Assembly (NCBI GenBank): GCA_018062705.1
Contig: JAGORQ010000005.1
Coordinates: forward strand, 1 to 50,275
DNA length: 50,275 nt
Direction: 5' to 3'
DNA from: Candidatus Shapirobacteria bacterium
Lineage (GTDB): Bacteria > Patescibacteriota > Microgenomatia > UBA12405
Shown: positions 1-7,290 of the stretch, piece by piece
How positions within the stretch are numbered: position 1 is the first letter of the stretch
Layout: each line of letters opens with the position of its first letter
Program-made: the position numbers and the translations under genes
The notes under the pieces: model-generated
What the model saw: only the letters and a program-made list of their open reading frames with translations
Told to the model about the DNA's origin: nothing
Database searches by the model: none

Positions 1-448
1 CCTTATTATCTTTATCGATAATTTTTAAAATCAAATCCCCAGCCAGCACTCCGGCTTTTTCAGCGGGCGTCTTGGCCAAAGGAGCCATCACCGCTAGGTT
101 TTTGTCTTTATATCCCAATTGAATCCCAACTCCTCCAAATTGGCCAGCCAAATCTTCGTTTGTCGCTTTGTTATCTGTTGGTGGCAAATACATAGTGTAC
201 GGATCATCAAGTGAAGCCACCATCCCTGTTATCGCCCCATACACCATTTTGTCATCCTTAATCGCACTTTTATCCAAATAAGTCTGCATCAATTTTTCTC
301 TAACCTTCCACATCAAATTTAAATTAAGTGGTGACGAAGTATTTCCCCCAAAACTCCCCAATGCATGGTACTCTCCAAACCTGTATGATACCAACGACAC
401 CAGTGACAATAACGCCAAACTTATCGCTATATTTCTAATATTTTTCAT
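1..448 (-). CDS. S41-family C-terminal processing (tail-specific) peptidase, N-terminal part; gene runs off the left edge
   Basis: Not in the ORF track because there is no stop in the window. Own translation from ATG 448-446: MKNIRNIAISLALLSLVSLVSYRFGEYHALGSFGG...DKMVYGAITGMVASLDDPYTMYLPPTDNKATNEDLAGQFGGVGIQLGYKDKNLAVMAPLAKTPAEKAGVLAGDLILKIIDKDNK. This reads as a signal anchor, the S41 N-domain and the start of a PDZ domain. Confidence 0.8.
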   Translation of the reverse strand, partial: MKNIRNIAISLALLSLVSLVSYRFGEYHALGSFGGNTSSPLNLNLMWKVREKLMQTYLDKSAIKDDKMVYGAITGMVASLDDPYTMYLPPTDNKATNEDLAGQFGGVGIQLGYKDKNLAVMAPLAKTPAEKAGVLAGDLILKIIDKDNK

Positions 449-1177
449 TTATTGAACAATCATTAACCTACCGTCTGATGAGTTTAATAATACCTGCTTA
501 TCACCAGCTTTCTCAAGAGCCAATATTTTTTCATATTCATTTTTATCAGGCATGAATAAAGGTAGTTCTGTTGCCACCTCGGCATAATTTCTTAAAATAA
601 AACCTGCCACCCCAACTACCTCTGATTTAATCACCACCATCTTATCAAGATTTTCAATTATTATTAATTTGTCTTTCAGTGACGAATTAATTTCACTCAA
701 ACCACCCACCACCACCATTCCTTCTGCCCACTTCTTACCACTACCTCTACCTTCACCATTAAATTGTTTTGCATGAAACTCTATCGCCAAACCAGTCTTG
801 TCACACTTAACAATTCTTCCGGGAACTGGTGTTTTTATCAATTTAATCCCATCAGTTTCCCATCTATAGATAAAATTGTTAAACTCGTCCACTCTCAACA
901 ACAAACCGGTTTCAGGCGACACCAGCCTTGATCCAAAAAAACCAACTCTTTCCACCAGCACCTCTCCTGCTTTTACTTCCACCGGCAACCTACTTTTCAA
1001 CCGACTAATTACATCCTCGGTCTGTTTATGTAATGCCTTGCTCATATCTATCGACTTATGCCGATATTCTACCGCTTCAGCCAGTACATCTTCTCTGCCA
1101 ACATACTCCCCCATCCGCACCCGAAGCTTAGCTGTTGTCGGTAATTTCATTATCCATTTTGCCTTAACCCGTTTCAT
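449..1177 (-). CDS. hypothetical protein (242 aa)
   Basis: Long ORF whose stop (449-451) abuts the ATG of the S41 peptidase gene. Co-directional with its neighbours. No family recognised by eye. Confidence 0.6.
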   Translation of the reverse strand: MKRVKAKWIMKLPTTAKLRVRMGEYVGREDVLAEAVEYRHKSIDMSKALHKQTEDVISRLKSRLPVEVKAGEVLVERVGFFGSRLVSPETGLLLRVDEFNNFIYRWETDGIKLIKTPVPGRIVKCDKTGLAIEFHAKQFNGEGRGSGKKWAEGMVVVGGLSEINSSLKDKLIIIENLDKMVVIKSEVVGVAGFILRNYAEVATELPLFMPDKNEYEKILALEKAGDKQVLLNSSDGRLMIVQ

Positions 1178-1194
1178 GAATTAAGTATAACAGC

Positions 1195-1230
1195 AAAAAA
1201 AATCCCCTCTGGTATTCACCAGAAGGGAAA
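1195..1230 (-). terminator. intrinsic terminator after rpsR
   Basis: On the minus strand, TCCCTTCTGGT-GAAT-ACCAGAGGGGA is followed by T8, 12 nt downstream of the rpsR stop. Confidence 0.8.
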
Positions 1231-1241
1231 TTATTTTAAAT

Positions 1242-1496
1242 TTATTCTTGCACCGTAAACGGTAACAGTGCTAAATGGCGGGCATGTTTAATCACTCGAG
1301 CCATGATTTTTTGGTGCTTAGCACAGACACCACTATATTGTTTGCCAGTAATTCGACCACGTGTTGACAAAAACTCTCGAAGCTTGTCAGCATCTTGCCA
1401 TACTGGATCTTTTTTTTGCACGCAAAAAGGACACTTTTTATCTCGAGCTTGGGCTCGAAGTTCCTTCTTACGATCTTTTTGGTTCATTTTTTTCAT
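1242..1496 (-). CDS. rpsR: 30S ribosomal protein S18
   Basis: CPFC...LREFLSTRGRITGKQYSGVCAKHQKIMARVIKHARHLALLP. Lies in the rpsF-ssb-rpsR order. Confidence 0.95.
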   Translation of the reverse strand: MKKMNQKDRKKELRAQARDKKCPFCVQKKDPVWQDADKLREFLSTRGRITGKQYSGVCAKHQKIMARVIKHARHLALLPFTVQE

Positions 1497-1497
1497 T

Positions 1498-1989
1498 TTA
1501 TTTTTCCTCTACGGGTACATCATCCACTAATGAGTCTGGGATTTCAATATTTGACAATTCATCATTTGCTTCTACTGGGGCCACTTCAGGAGCCGCCATA
1601 TCAACTTCCTGCATTTCATCACGCATACCGCCACCGTGATTCATCATGTTTCCTTTATTATCCAACACAATCATATCGTCAATCACTATTTCCGATACTT
1701 GCTTACGAACTCCAGTTGAGTCAACAATTTCTCGGTATTGAATTCTACCTTCAACATAAATCCTTCGACCTTTCGATAGCAGTTGAGAACAAAGCTCAGC
1801 TAATTTATTCCAAGCAACTATTCTGTGAAACTGGGCATCTTCTTTCTTCTCACCCTGTTTGGTTACCCAAACACGATTAGTTGCCAATCCAAAACTAGCT
1901 ACAGCCATTCCTGACGGAGTGTAACGCAATTCAGGATCACGAGTTAAATTACCAATTAACAAAACCCTATTAAGACATCTGCTTGGCAT
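1498..1989 (-). CDS. ssb: single-stranded DNA-binding protein
   Basis: OB-fold block LNRVLLIGNLTRDPELRYTPSGMAVASFGLATNR...FHRIVAWNKLAELC...GRRIYVEGRIQYRE with an acidic tail. Located between rpsF and rpsR. Confidence 0.93.
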   Translation of the reverse strand: MPSRCLNRVLLIGNLTRDPELRYTPSGMAVASFGLATNRVWVTKQGEKKEDAQFHRIVAWNKLAELCSQLLSKGRRIYVEGRIQYREIVDSTGVRKQVSEIVIDDMIVLDNKGNMMNHGGGMRDEMQEVDMAAPEVAPVEANDELSNIEIPDSLVDDVPVEEK

Positions 1990-1990
1990 A

Positions 1991-2287
1991 TTATTTCTTT
2001 ATAATTAAATAACGGATAATTGACGGCTCACGATTTAAGTATAAGTTAAATTCTTTTATTTTAAGTGGTTTTTCGGTAGCAATTTGCATCACATAAAAAT
2101 CACCTTTATCTAAATCAGAAATCTTATAAACCAAATCTTTATTACCTAAATGCTCGTTTTTAACAATTTCTCCTGCATTTTCAGCAACAAAAGCTTCTAC
2201 TTTTTTAAGATTTTTTTCTTTGTCTTTTTCGTCGGCTTTGGGGTTAAACACCAGCACCAACTCGTAATTGTGTTTTGTATCTTTCAT
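1991..2287 (-). CDS. rpsF: 30S ribosomal protein S6
   Basis: YELVLVFNP...HLGNKDLVYKI...GDFYVMQI...REPSIIRYLIIK. First gene of the S6-SSB-S18 operon. Confidence 0.9.
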   Translation of the reverse strand: MKDTKHNYELVLVFNPKADEKDKEKNLKKVEAFVAENAGEIVKNEHLGNKDLVYKISDLDKGDFYVMQIATEKPLKIKEFNLYLNREPSIIRYLIIKK

Positions 2288-2330
2288 CGAAGTTTAGCTT
2301 AACATATCAACTTTTATTTTACAATCAGCA

Positions 2331-2537
2331 TTATATTAGCAAATCAGTTCCGTCATCCTCCCCCACCACTTTATTTGGATCAAAGTCAGCATCGACTATT
2401 TTTAATATCTGATTAATAATCTCTTCTGGCACTTCATCATTGTCCTTATAAATCTCCAGTATCCCCTCAGCCTTCAACATCGTGTCGGCTCCCACTTCCA
2501 TCGATACAATTAGCTCTCTAGCTTCTTTTGCTGTCAT
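2331..2537 (-). CDS. small acidic protein, unknown function (68 aa)
   Basis: ORF. Shares the block EVPEEIINQILKIVDADFD with the next gene (EVPDNIFDQILKLVDLDIK). Confidence 0.6.
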   Translation of the reverse strand: MTAKEARELIVSMEVGADTMLKAEGILEIYKDNDEVPEEIINQILKIVDADFDPNKVVGEDDGTDLLI

Positions 2538-2558
2538 AATTCACCGATTATACATCTT

Positions 2559-2855
2559 TTATTTTGCTTTTTCCTCAAGTTCGTCGGCAATCTTCCCTGC
2601 CTCATCATCAATTTTTTTCAAAAATTCATCAGCCATATCTGCTCCTGATTGGTAAATATCTCTTTCCAGCTCGGTGGCCTTTATATCAAGATCAACCAAT
2701 TTAAGTATTTGGTCAAAAATATTGTCCGGGACTTCTTCATCCAGGCCAAATGGCTTTAACAATTCTTCGATCTTCTGTCCTATCTCAAGAGACAGTTTAG
2801 CCTTATTGATTTGTTCCCTTAATTTAACAGTTTGTACCATTACTAATTTAAGCAC
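2559..2855 (-). CDS. small acidic protein, paralog of 2331-2537 (98 aa)
   Basis: ORF with the shared motif noted above. Overlaps the upstream gene by 8 nt. Confidence 0.6.
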   Translation of the reverse strand: MLKLVMVQTVKLREQINKAKLSLEIGQKIEELLKPFGLDEEVPDNIFDQILKLVDLDIKATELERDIYQSGADMADEFLKKIDDEAGKIADELEEKAK

Positions 2856-3582
2856 TCATTGGCTGCTGTTTCAAATTATTGATCTTCCGCATCGATCTTA
2901 ACATTCTCATGTTTTCTCTTGCCCGAATCTTATATTCCAATCTATCACTTGCATCTTTTGCACTACTCTCAAAATAATTAAATCTTTTATCCATATTTTC
3001 AAAAGCAAGTTCTATAAACTTTAGAGAATCATCACTTACAACTTCTGCATGTCTTGTCTTTAAACTTCTCTTAATATCGCTTAGTGAGTCTGTTTTTGAT
3101 GTTTCTATCTCTGCTCTCACTTTATTTCTAAATATTTTCCCTCTTAACGGAATTTCCGAAATAAAATCATAAGTATCTACCGCCATTTCTCTAACTGCTA
3201 TTGCCGCATCATTTACTCTCATTCCAACAGCTGTTCCCAAGCCAAGGTCTGTAACATCATCTTCAAACGAAGCAATTTGATTGCCAACATTTGTGGTAAA
3301 TCTATTGAATTGGTCTCTCAGCCCTTGACCGGCAATATTAATTGTATTGGTTAGTCTTTCACGAAAATTATCGCCTCGACCATTCCATTTGTCAACTGCC
3401 CCATCTATCACATCGGCTATTACACCAGCCTCAGCTATAGTTTCACCCAATATTGTGCCATTATTCCACCTTTCACGCACATTTTCCAAACCTAAAACCC
3501 CTACCAATCTATTCCAACCCTGTCTCACATTAGTTCTAACATTTTCAACTACGTTTCTTAATCTATTTTGTTTATTTTCCAT
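2848..3582 (-). CDS. hypothetical protein (244 aa)
   Basis: Long ORF, co-directional, with an 8-nt overlap with the downstream gene. No family recognised. Confidence 0.6.
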   Translation of the reverse strand: MENKQNRLRNVVENVRTNVRQGWNRLVGVLGLENVRERWNNGTILGETIAEAGVIADVIDGAVDKWNGRGDNFRERLTNTINIAGQGLRDQFNRFTTNVGNQIASFEDDVTDLGLGTAVGMRVNDAAIAVREMAVDTYDFISEIPLRGKIFRNKVRAEIETSKTDSLSDIKRSLKTRHAEVVSDDSLKFIELAFENMDKRFNYFESSAKDASDRLEYKIRARENMRMLRSMRKINNLKQQPMSA

Positions 3583-3615
3583 ATATTTATATTATATAGG
3601 CTTACTTTAACCTTG

Positions 3616-4989
3616 TCAACTCTTCTTAATTTTATACCCTTCAGCTGTATCCTCCACCAAATAGCCCAATTGGATTATCTCCCCTCGGAGCCTATCTGCC
3701 TCAGCCCAATTCTTATCACTTTTTGCTTCGAACCGTTTTTTTGCCAATTCTTCAACTTCTGTTGGTACTTTTTCTACTTCAACTTTCTGATTCAGATTCA
3801 GCCCCAGCACTCTGTCAAAGTCATATATCGTCGCTCGTTTATCGTTTATTGCGACATTTTCATCCTTCACCAACTTCCAGACCACTGCCATCACCTCCGG
3901 CATTGCCAAATCATTCCCTATCTTTTCCTCAAATAATTTTTTATATTCTTGGTTAACCTGCCCTACATCACCAGCCACAAAATTCCTCAGCTTATTTAAT
4001 CCAGTTTCTGCCGCTTTCAAATTATCTTCCGAAAACGCCATCCCTTTCCGATAATGCGACGACAACACCATATACCGATACGCCAGTGGGTCACATCCCA
4101 TTTTTTCCAATTCAAATACAGTATAGAGCCCACCGGTAGACTTGCTAATTTTCGCCCCGTTAAAGGTAATAAACGCATTATGCATCCAGACATTAGCCGT
4201 TTGGGCTCCAAACGCCCCGAACCCCTGAGCAATCTCATTAGTGTGATGAATCGCAATATGATCCTCTCCCCCAGTATGAATATCAAAGGGATTTCCCAGA
4301 TACTTCGTCGACATCGCCGTACATTCTATATGCCAACCCGGAAATCCCACCCCCCACGGACTATCCCATTCCATTTGACGTCGCTCATTTTTTGGTGAAA
4401 ACTTCCACAAAGCGAAGTCTGTCGGACTTTTCTTCTCTTCATTTACCTCCACCCTCGCCCCTTCTTTTAGCTTTTCGATATCGATATTGGCAAATTCACC
4501 ATAATTCGGCATTTTATCTGTATCAAAATAAATCCCATCAGATATTTTATAAGTAAAACCATTAGCCTCAATTTTTTGAATCAGCTCGATTTGCTCTTTA
4601 ATATGGTCAGTTGCTCTGGGCATCACTTCTGGCTTGGTAATATTTAGCTTCTCCAAATTTTTATCAAATTCTTTTTCGTACTTTTTAGCCAAATCCCACG
4701 CTGTTAATCCGGTAATTCGTGAGCCTTTTTCCATTTTATCTTCGCCACTATTACTGTCGTTTACCAAATGTCCCACATCAGTAATGTTCACCACCCACTT
4801 GACGTTGTATCCCAAATATCTAGCAGTTCTCACCAGCACATCCCAGCAAACATAAGCATACATATTGCCAATATGTGGACTACTATATACTGTCGGACCG
4901 CAAGAATATATTCCCATTTCCTCATCTTTAATTGGTTTGAATTCCTCTTTCTTCCTAGTCGCCGTATTGTAAAGATATATTTTTTGCAT
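3616..4989 (-). CDS. cysS: cysteine--tRNA ligase
   Basis: Class I motifs PHIGNMY (HIGH) and KISKS (KMSKS). CGPTVY...WHIECTAMS is typical of CysRS. Confidence 0.95.
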   Translation of the reverse strand: MQKIYLYNTATRKKEEFKPIKDEEMGIYSCGPTVYSSPHIGNMYAYVCWDVLVRTARYLGYNVKWVVNITDVGHLVNDSNSGEDKMEKGSRITGLTAWDLAKKYEKEFDKNLEKLNITKPEVMPRATDHIKEQIELIQKIEANGFTYKISDGIYFDTDKMPNYGEFANIDIEKLKEGARVEVNEEKKSPTDFALWKFSPKNERRQMEWDSPWGVGFPGWHIECTAMSTKYLGNPFDIHTGGEDHIAIHHTNEIAQGFGAFGAQTANVWMHNAFITFNGAKISKSTGGLYTVFELEKMGCDPLAYRYMVLSSHYRKGMAFSEDNLKAAETGLNKLRNFVAGDVGQVNQEYKKLFEEKIGNDLAMPEVMAVVWKLVKDENVAINDKRATIYDFDRVLGLNLNQKVEVEKVPTEVEELAKKRFEAKSDKNWAEADRLRGEIIQLGYLVEDTAEGYKIKKS

Positions 4990-5013
4990 AATTTATTAAT
5001 TTTAACAAAGTAT

Positions 5014-5052
5014 CACGTTTTACGTATTACGTTTTGTGTATTACGTTTATCG
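5014..5052. repeat. TACGT-word repeat (cacgttttacgtattacgttttgtgtattacgtttatcg)
   Basis: Near-identical copy at 41149-41180. The same word (tcgtattacgt) ends the window at 50265-50275. Confidence 0.85.
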
Positions 5053-5635
5053 AAAATTAATATATGACTCTCCAATCTTTTCTAGCACTTCTTTCGGTAT
5101 TTTCTGCGACGGATAAAACCTCTGGACATATTGGATTCTTTGCTCTAACAGAAGATTGAAGTCTGAAGATTGTAGATTGTTCTCACTTTTCCACAACCTC
5201 AATCCTCTGTGTCCTGACATCCCTGTCGATACCAGCCTAGTCACCTCGCCAGCAATATTATGATCCGGATGATCAAAACCATAAGTTAATTCAAATGGCG
5301 AAAACGACACCAAATCAGTTATTTTATTTTTATCAACTATATTTCTCACCTTATCTACCATCTTTTTTAGTGGTACATAAGCCAGTTCCAAATCCGGAAA
5401 ATTCAATATTTTATAATCAAACCCCCAACTATTCATTGCCACTCCTAATTCTCCTACTCTCTTTTTTGGATTTTTCCCTTTTTCTCCTTTGGTCAACAGA
5501 ATCACTGTTGTTTTTATCTTAGTTTCGACAAAGATATCTGACCAGTTTCAACATCAAGACCTCATCATCCGGATGTGGAATTACTATTCCTACACTCGCA
5601 TTTGCCTTAAATTTTGAAATTAGAAATTTATTCAT
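5047..5635 (-). pseudogene. PIG-L/LmbE-family deacetylase, split by a frameshift
   Basis: The N-fragment from ATG 5635 reads MNKFLISKFKANASVGIVIPHPDDEVLMLKLVRYLCRN then TAA at 5519-5521. The +1 frame continues KIKTTVILLTKGEKG...YGFDHPDHNIAGEV to 5047. Together these make a normal PIG-L protein with its PHPDDE and DHPDH motifs. Confidence 0.7.
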
Positions 5636-5662
5636 TAGAAATTGATTAAAAATTAAAAATTT
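5636..5662. repeat. 27-nt exact repeat tagaaattgattaaaaattaaaaattt (copy 1)
   Basis: Identical to 9318-9344. It lies immediately 5' (gene sense) of the ATG at 5635. Confidence 0.9.
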
Positions 5663-5733
5663 TAAATTAAAAATTAGTCAGCCCTATCTCTAGGACTACA
5701 TACAGCTTACTTTGCAAAAAATTCTGTTCATTC

Positions 5734-6243
5734 TTACTCCATTTTACCTGATTTTTCACTCGTCTGCGACATTGACGCCGGATCAGGCATATTCGATTTT
5801 CGGTGACCCTTACCAGCCGCACTTCCCTTCTGTTTCTTCCGGTGTGCCGGGTTAGCACTTTCTCCACTTAGAGACACCATTTGTGCCCGCTCAGCCTCCT
5901 CTTGTTGTCGCAACATCCGAATACGTCTCAAATTCTCATCTTCCTCTTGCTTCTTCTCTTGCTCCTCTTGCCTTTCAATTTGTTGCATTTCTGCCCCCAC
6001 ATTTCTTCCTTGAATTTGTGCCCTAATTTTAGCCATTTCCTCTTGCCGTTTTCTTTCATCTTCCTGTTTTCGTCTGGCTAATTCCTCCGGTGGCAAATTT
6101 GTTATATCCCCCAAGAGTTCTTTTGGACTAATCACTGCATGCACCATTTCCCCCACCTGCTTTATCGCCTCTTTACCTGTCTCCTCGGCTATATTTTTTA
6201 AATTCTGCAGTATCTGTTTTGGAATATTACTCGTATCAGACAT
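5734..6243 (-). CDS. hypothetical highly charged (K/E/Q/R-rich) protein
   Basis: 169-aa ORF with low-complexity, coiled-coil-like content. No family recognised. Confidence 0.5.
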   Translation of the reverse strand: MSDTSNIPKQILQNLKNIAEETGKEAIKQVGEMVHAVISPKELLGDITNLPPEELARRKQEDERKRQEEMAKIRAQIQGRNVGAEMQQIERQEEQEKKQEEDENLRRIRMLRQQEEAERAQMVSLSGESANPAHRKKQKGSAAGKGHRKSNMPDPASMSQTSEKSGKME

Positions 6244-6285
6244 AACTCATCATAACAAAAATATCTTATCAAAAAAATAATAGTT

Positions 6286-6331
6286 CCCCCCTCTTTCATC
6301 AAAGAGGGGACTAGGGGGAGATTTAAATCTC
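6286..6331 (-). repeat. GC-rich palindromic element on the recR stop codon (terminator-like)
   Basis: The minus strand reads GAGATTTAAATCTC CCCCTAGT CCCCTCTTT-GATG-AAAGAGGGG, then AACTATTA and T7. A ~45-nt near-copy lies at 34570-34615. Confidence 0.8.
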
Positions 6332-6973
6332 TCTCCTTCCCTCCATTGCCCGTGACAATGTCACTTGATCAGCAAACTCCAAATCTGCCCCAATCGGCAA
6401 TCCACTGCCAATCCTAGTTATCTTAATTGGAACTTGTGAATTTGTTTTTTGGAAATTGCTCTCTATTTTTTTCTTAATGTAAAGAGCCGTCGCCTCCCCT
6501 TCCATGGTTAGGTTAAGGGCTAAGATTATTTCGACTTGTTTTTCTTTTTCATTAGTAATTAGTAATTCGTAATTAGTAATTCTTAAAATTAGTTCACTAA
6601 TTTTAAGTTCTTCCGGTCCTACATGGTCTAATGGATTCAGCACTCCACCCAAAACGTGATACACACCAGCAAATCCCCCAACTTTTTCTAACGCAACCAC
6701 ATCTATTGCCCGTTCTACCACACAAATTACATTTTGATTCCTTTTTTTGTCACTGCAAATGTCACACATCTCTTCATCGCTCACCGAAAAGCACTGTCGG
6801 CAAATCTTAACTTCAGTTTTGACCCGCAAAAAAGTTTTAGCCATTTCCTCCACAAAATCTCGTGGAGTATTGACCAAATAAAATGCTAATCTAGTGGCAC
6901 TTTTCGGGCCAATCCCCGGCAGTCTCGCAAAACAGTTTGTCAAATCATTAATTGCCTTAGGTAATCCAGCCAT
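6323..6973 (-). CDS. recR: recombination protein RecR
   Basis: HhH motif LPGIGPKSATRLAFYL, a Cys4 zinc finger (CRQC...CDIC) and Toprim VCVVE...YHVLGG...EGEATALYI. Lies in the dnaX-ybaB-recR order. Confidence 0.93.
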   Translation of the reverse strand: MAGLPKAINDLTNCFARLPGIGPKSATRLAFYLVNTPRDFVEEMAKTFLRVKTEVKICRQCFSVSDEEMCDICSDKKRNQNVICVVERAIDVVALEKVGGFAGVYHVLGGVLNPLDHVGPEELKISELILRITNYELLITNEKEKQVEIILALNLTMEGEATALYIKKKIESNFQKTNSQVPIKITRIGSGLPIGADLEFADQVTLSRAMEGRREI

Positions 6974-6975
6974 TG

Positions 6976-7224
6976 TTAAAACAACCCCTCCAATCCTCCC
7001 ATATCTTTCATCTTCTTAGCCGCCGCTTCTTGAGATTTTTTGATTGCCTTGTTAACTAAATCCATTAATAATTTATTCTCCACACCATTTACCACTAATT
7101 TTTTTACCTTCTGGTCTCCGGCTACTTCAATTACTATTCCATTTTCTTCTAACCTGATTATTTCGGCTTCGACAGCTTTTTTAATTTTAAAGGCTTGAGC
7201 CAACATTTTTGCTTTATCAAACAT
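6976..7224 (-). CDS. ybaB: YbaB/EbfC nucleoid-associated protein (short form)
   Basis: 82 aa, positioned between dnaX and recR. The ending KKMKDMGGLEGLF is typical of the family. Confidence 0.8.
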   Translation of the reverse strand: MFDKAKMLAQAFKIKKAVEAEIIRLEENGIVIEVAGDQKVKKLVVNGVENKLLMDLVNKAIKKSQEAAAKKMKDMGGLEGLF

Positions 7225-7256
7225 AATTTCCTAAATAACTAACTGATGAGTATTGT

Positions 7257-7290
7257 AAATGATAAATGAAAAATGATAAATGATAAATTC
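7257..7290. repeat. heptamer word array (aaatgat aaatgaa aaatgat aaatgat aaattc)
   Basis: Abuts the dnaX stop (7291-7293). The same word recurs in-frame at 49975-50008. Confidence 0.85.

Noticed and set aside
4990-5046. A T-box or other leader upstream of cysS
   Set aside because: Only about 57 nt separate cysS from the upstream gene, and the TACGT word repeat occupies that space. This is far too short for a T-box.
5667-5867. 66-aa ORF overlapping the 3' end of the 5734-6243 gene
   Set aside because: It overlaps a longer same-strand ORF in another frame and has an Arg/Cys-rich composition typical of an off-frame read. There is no independent support.
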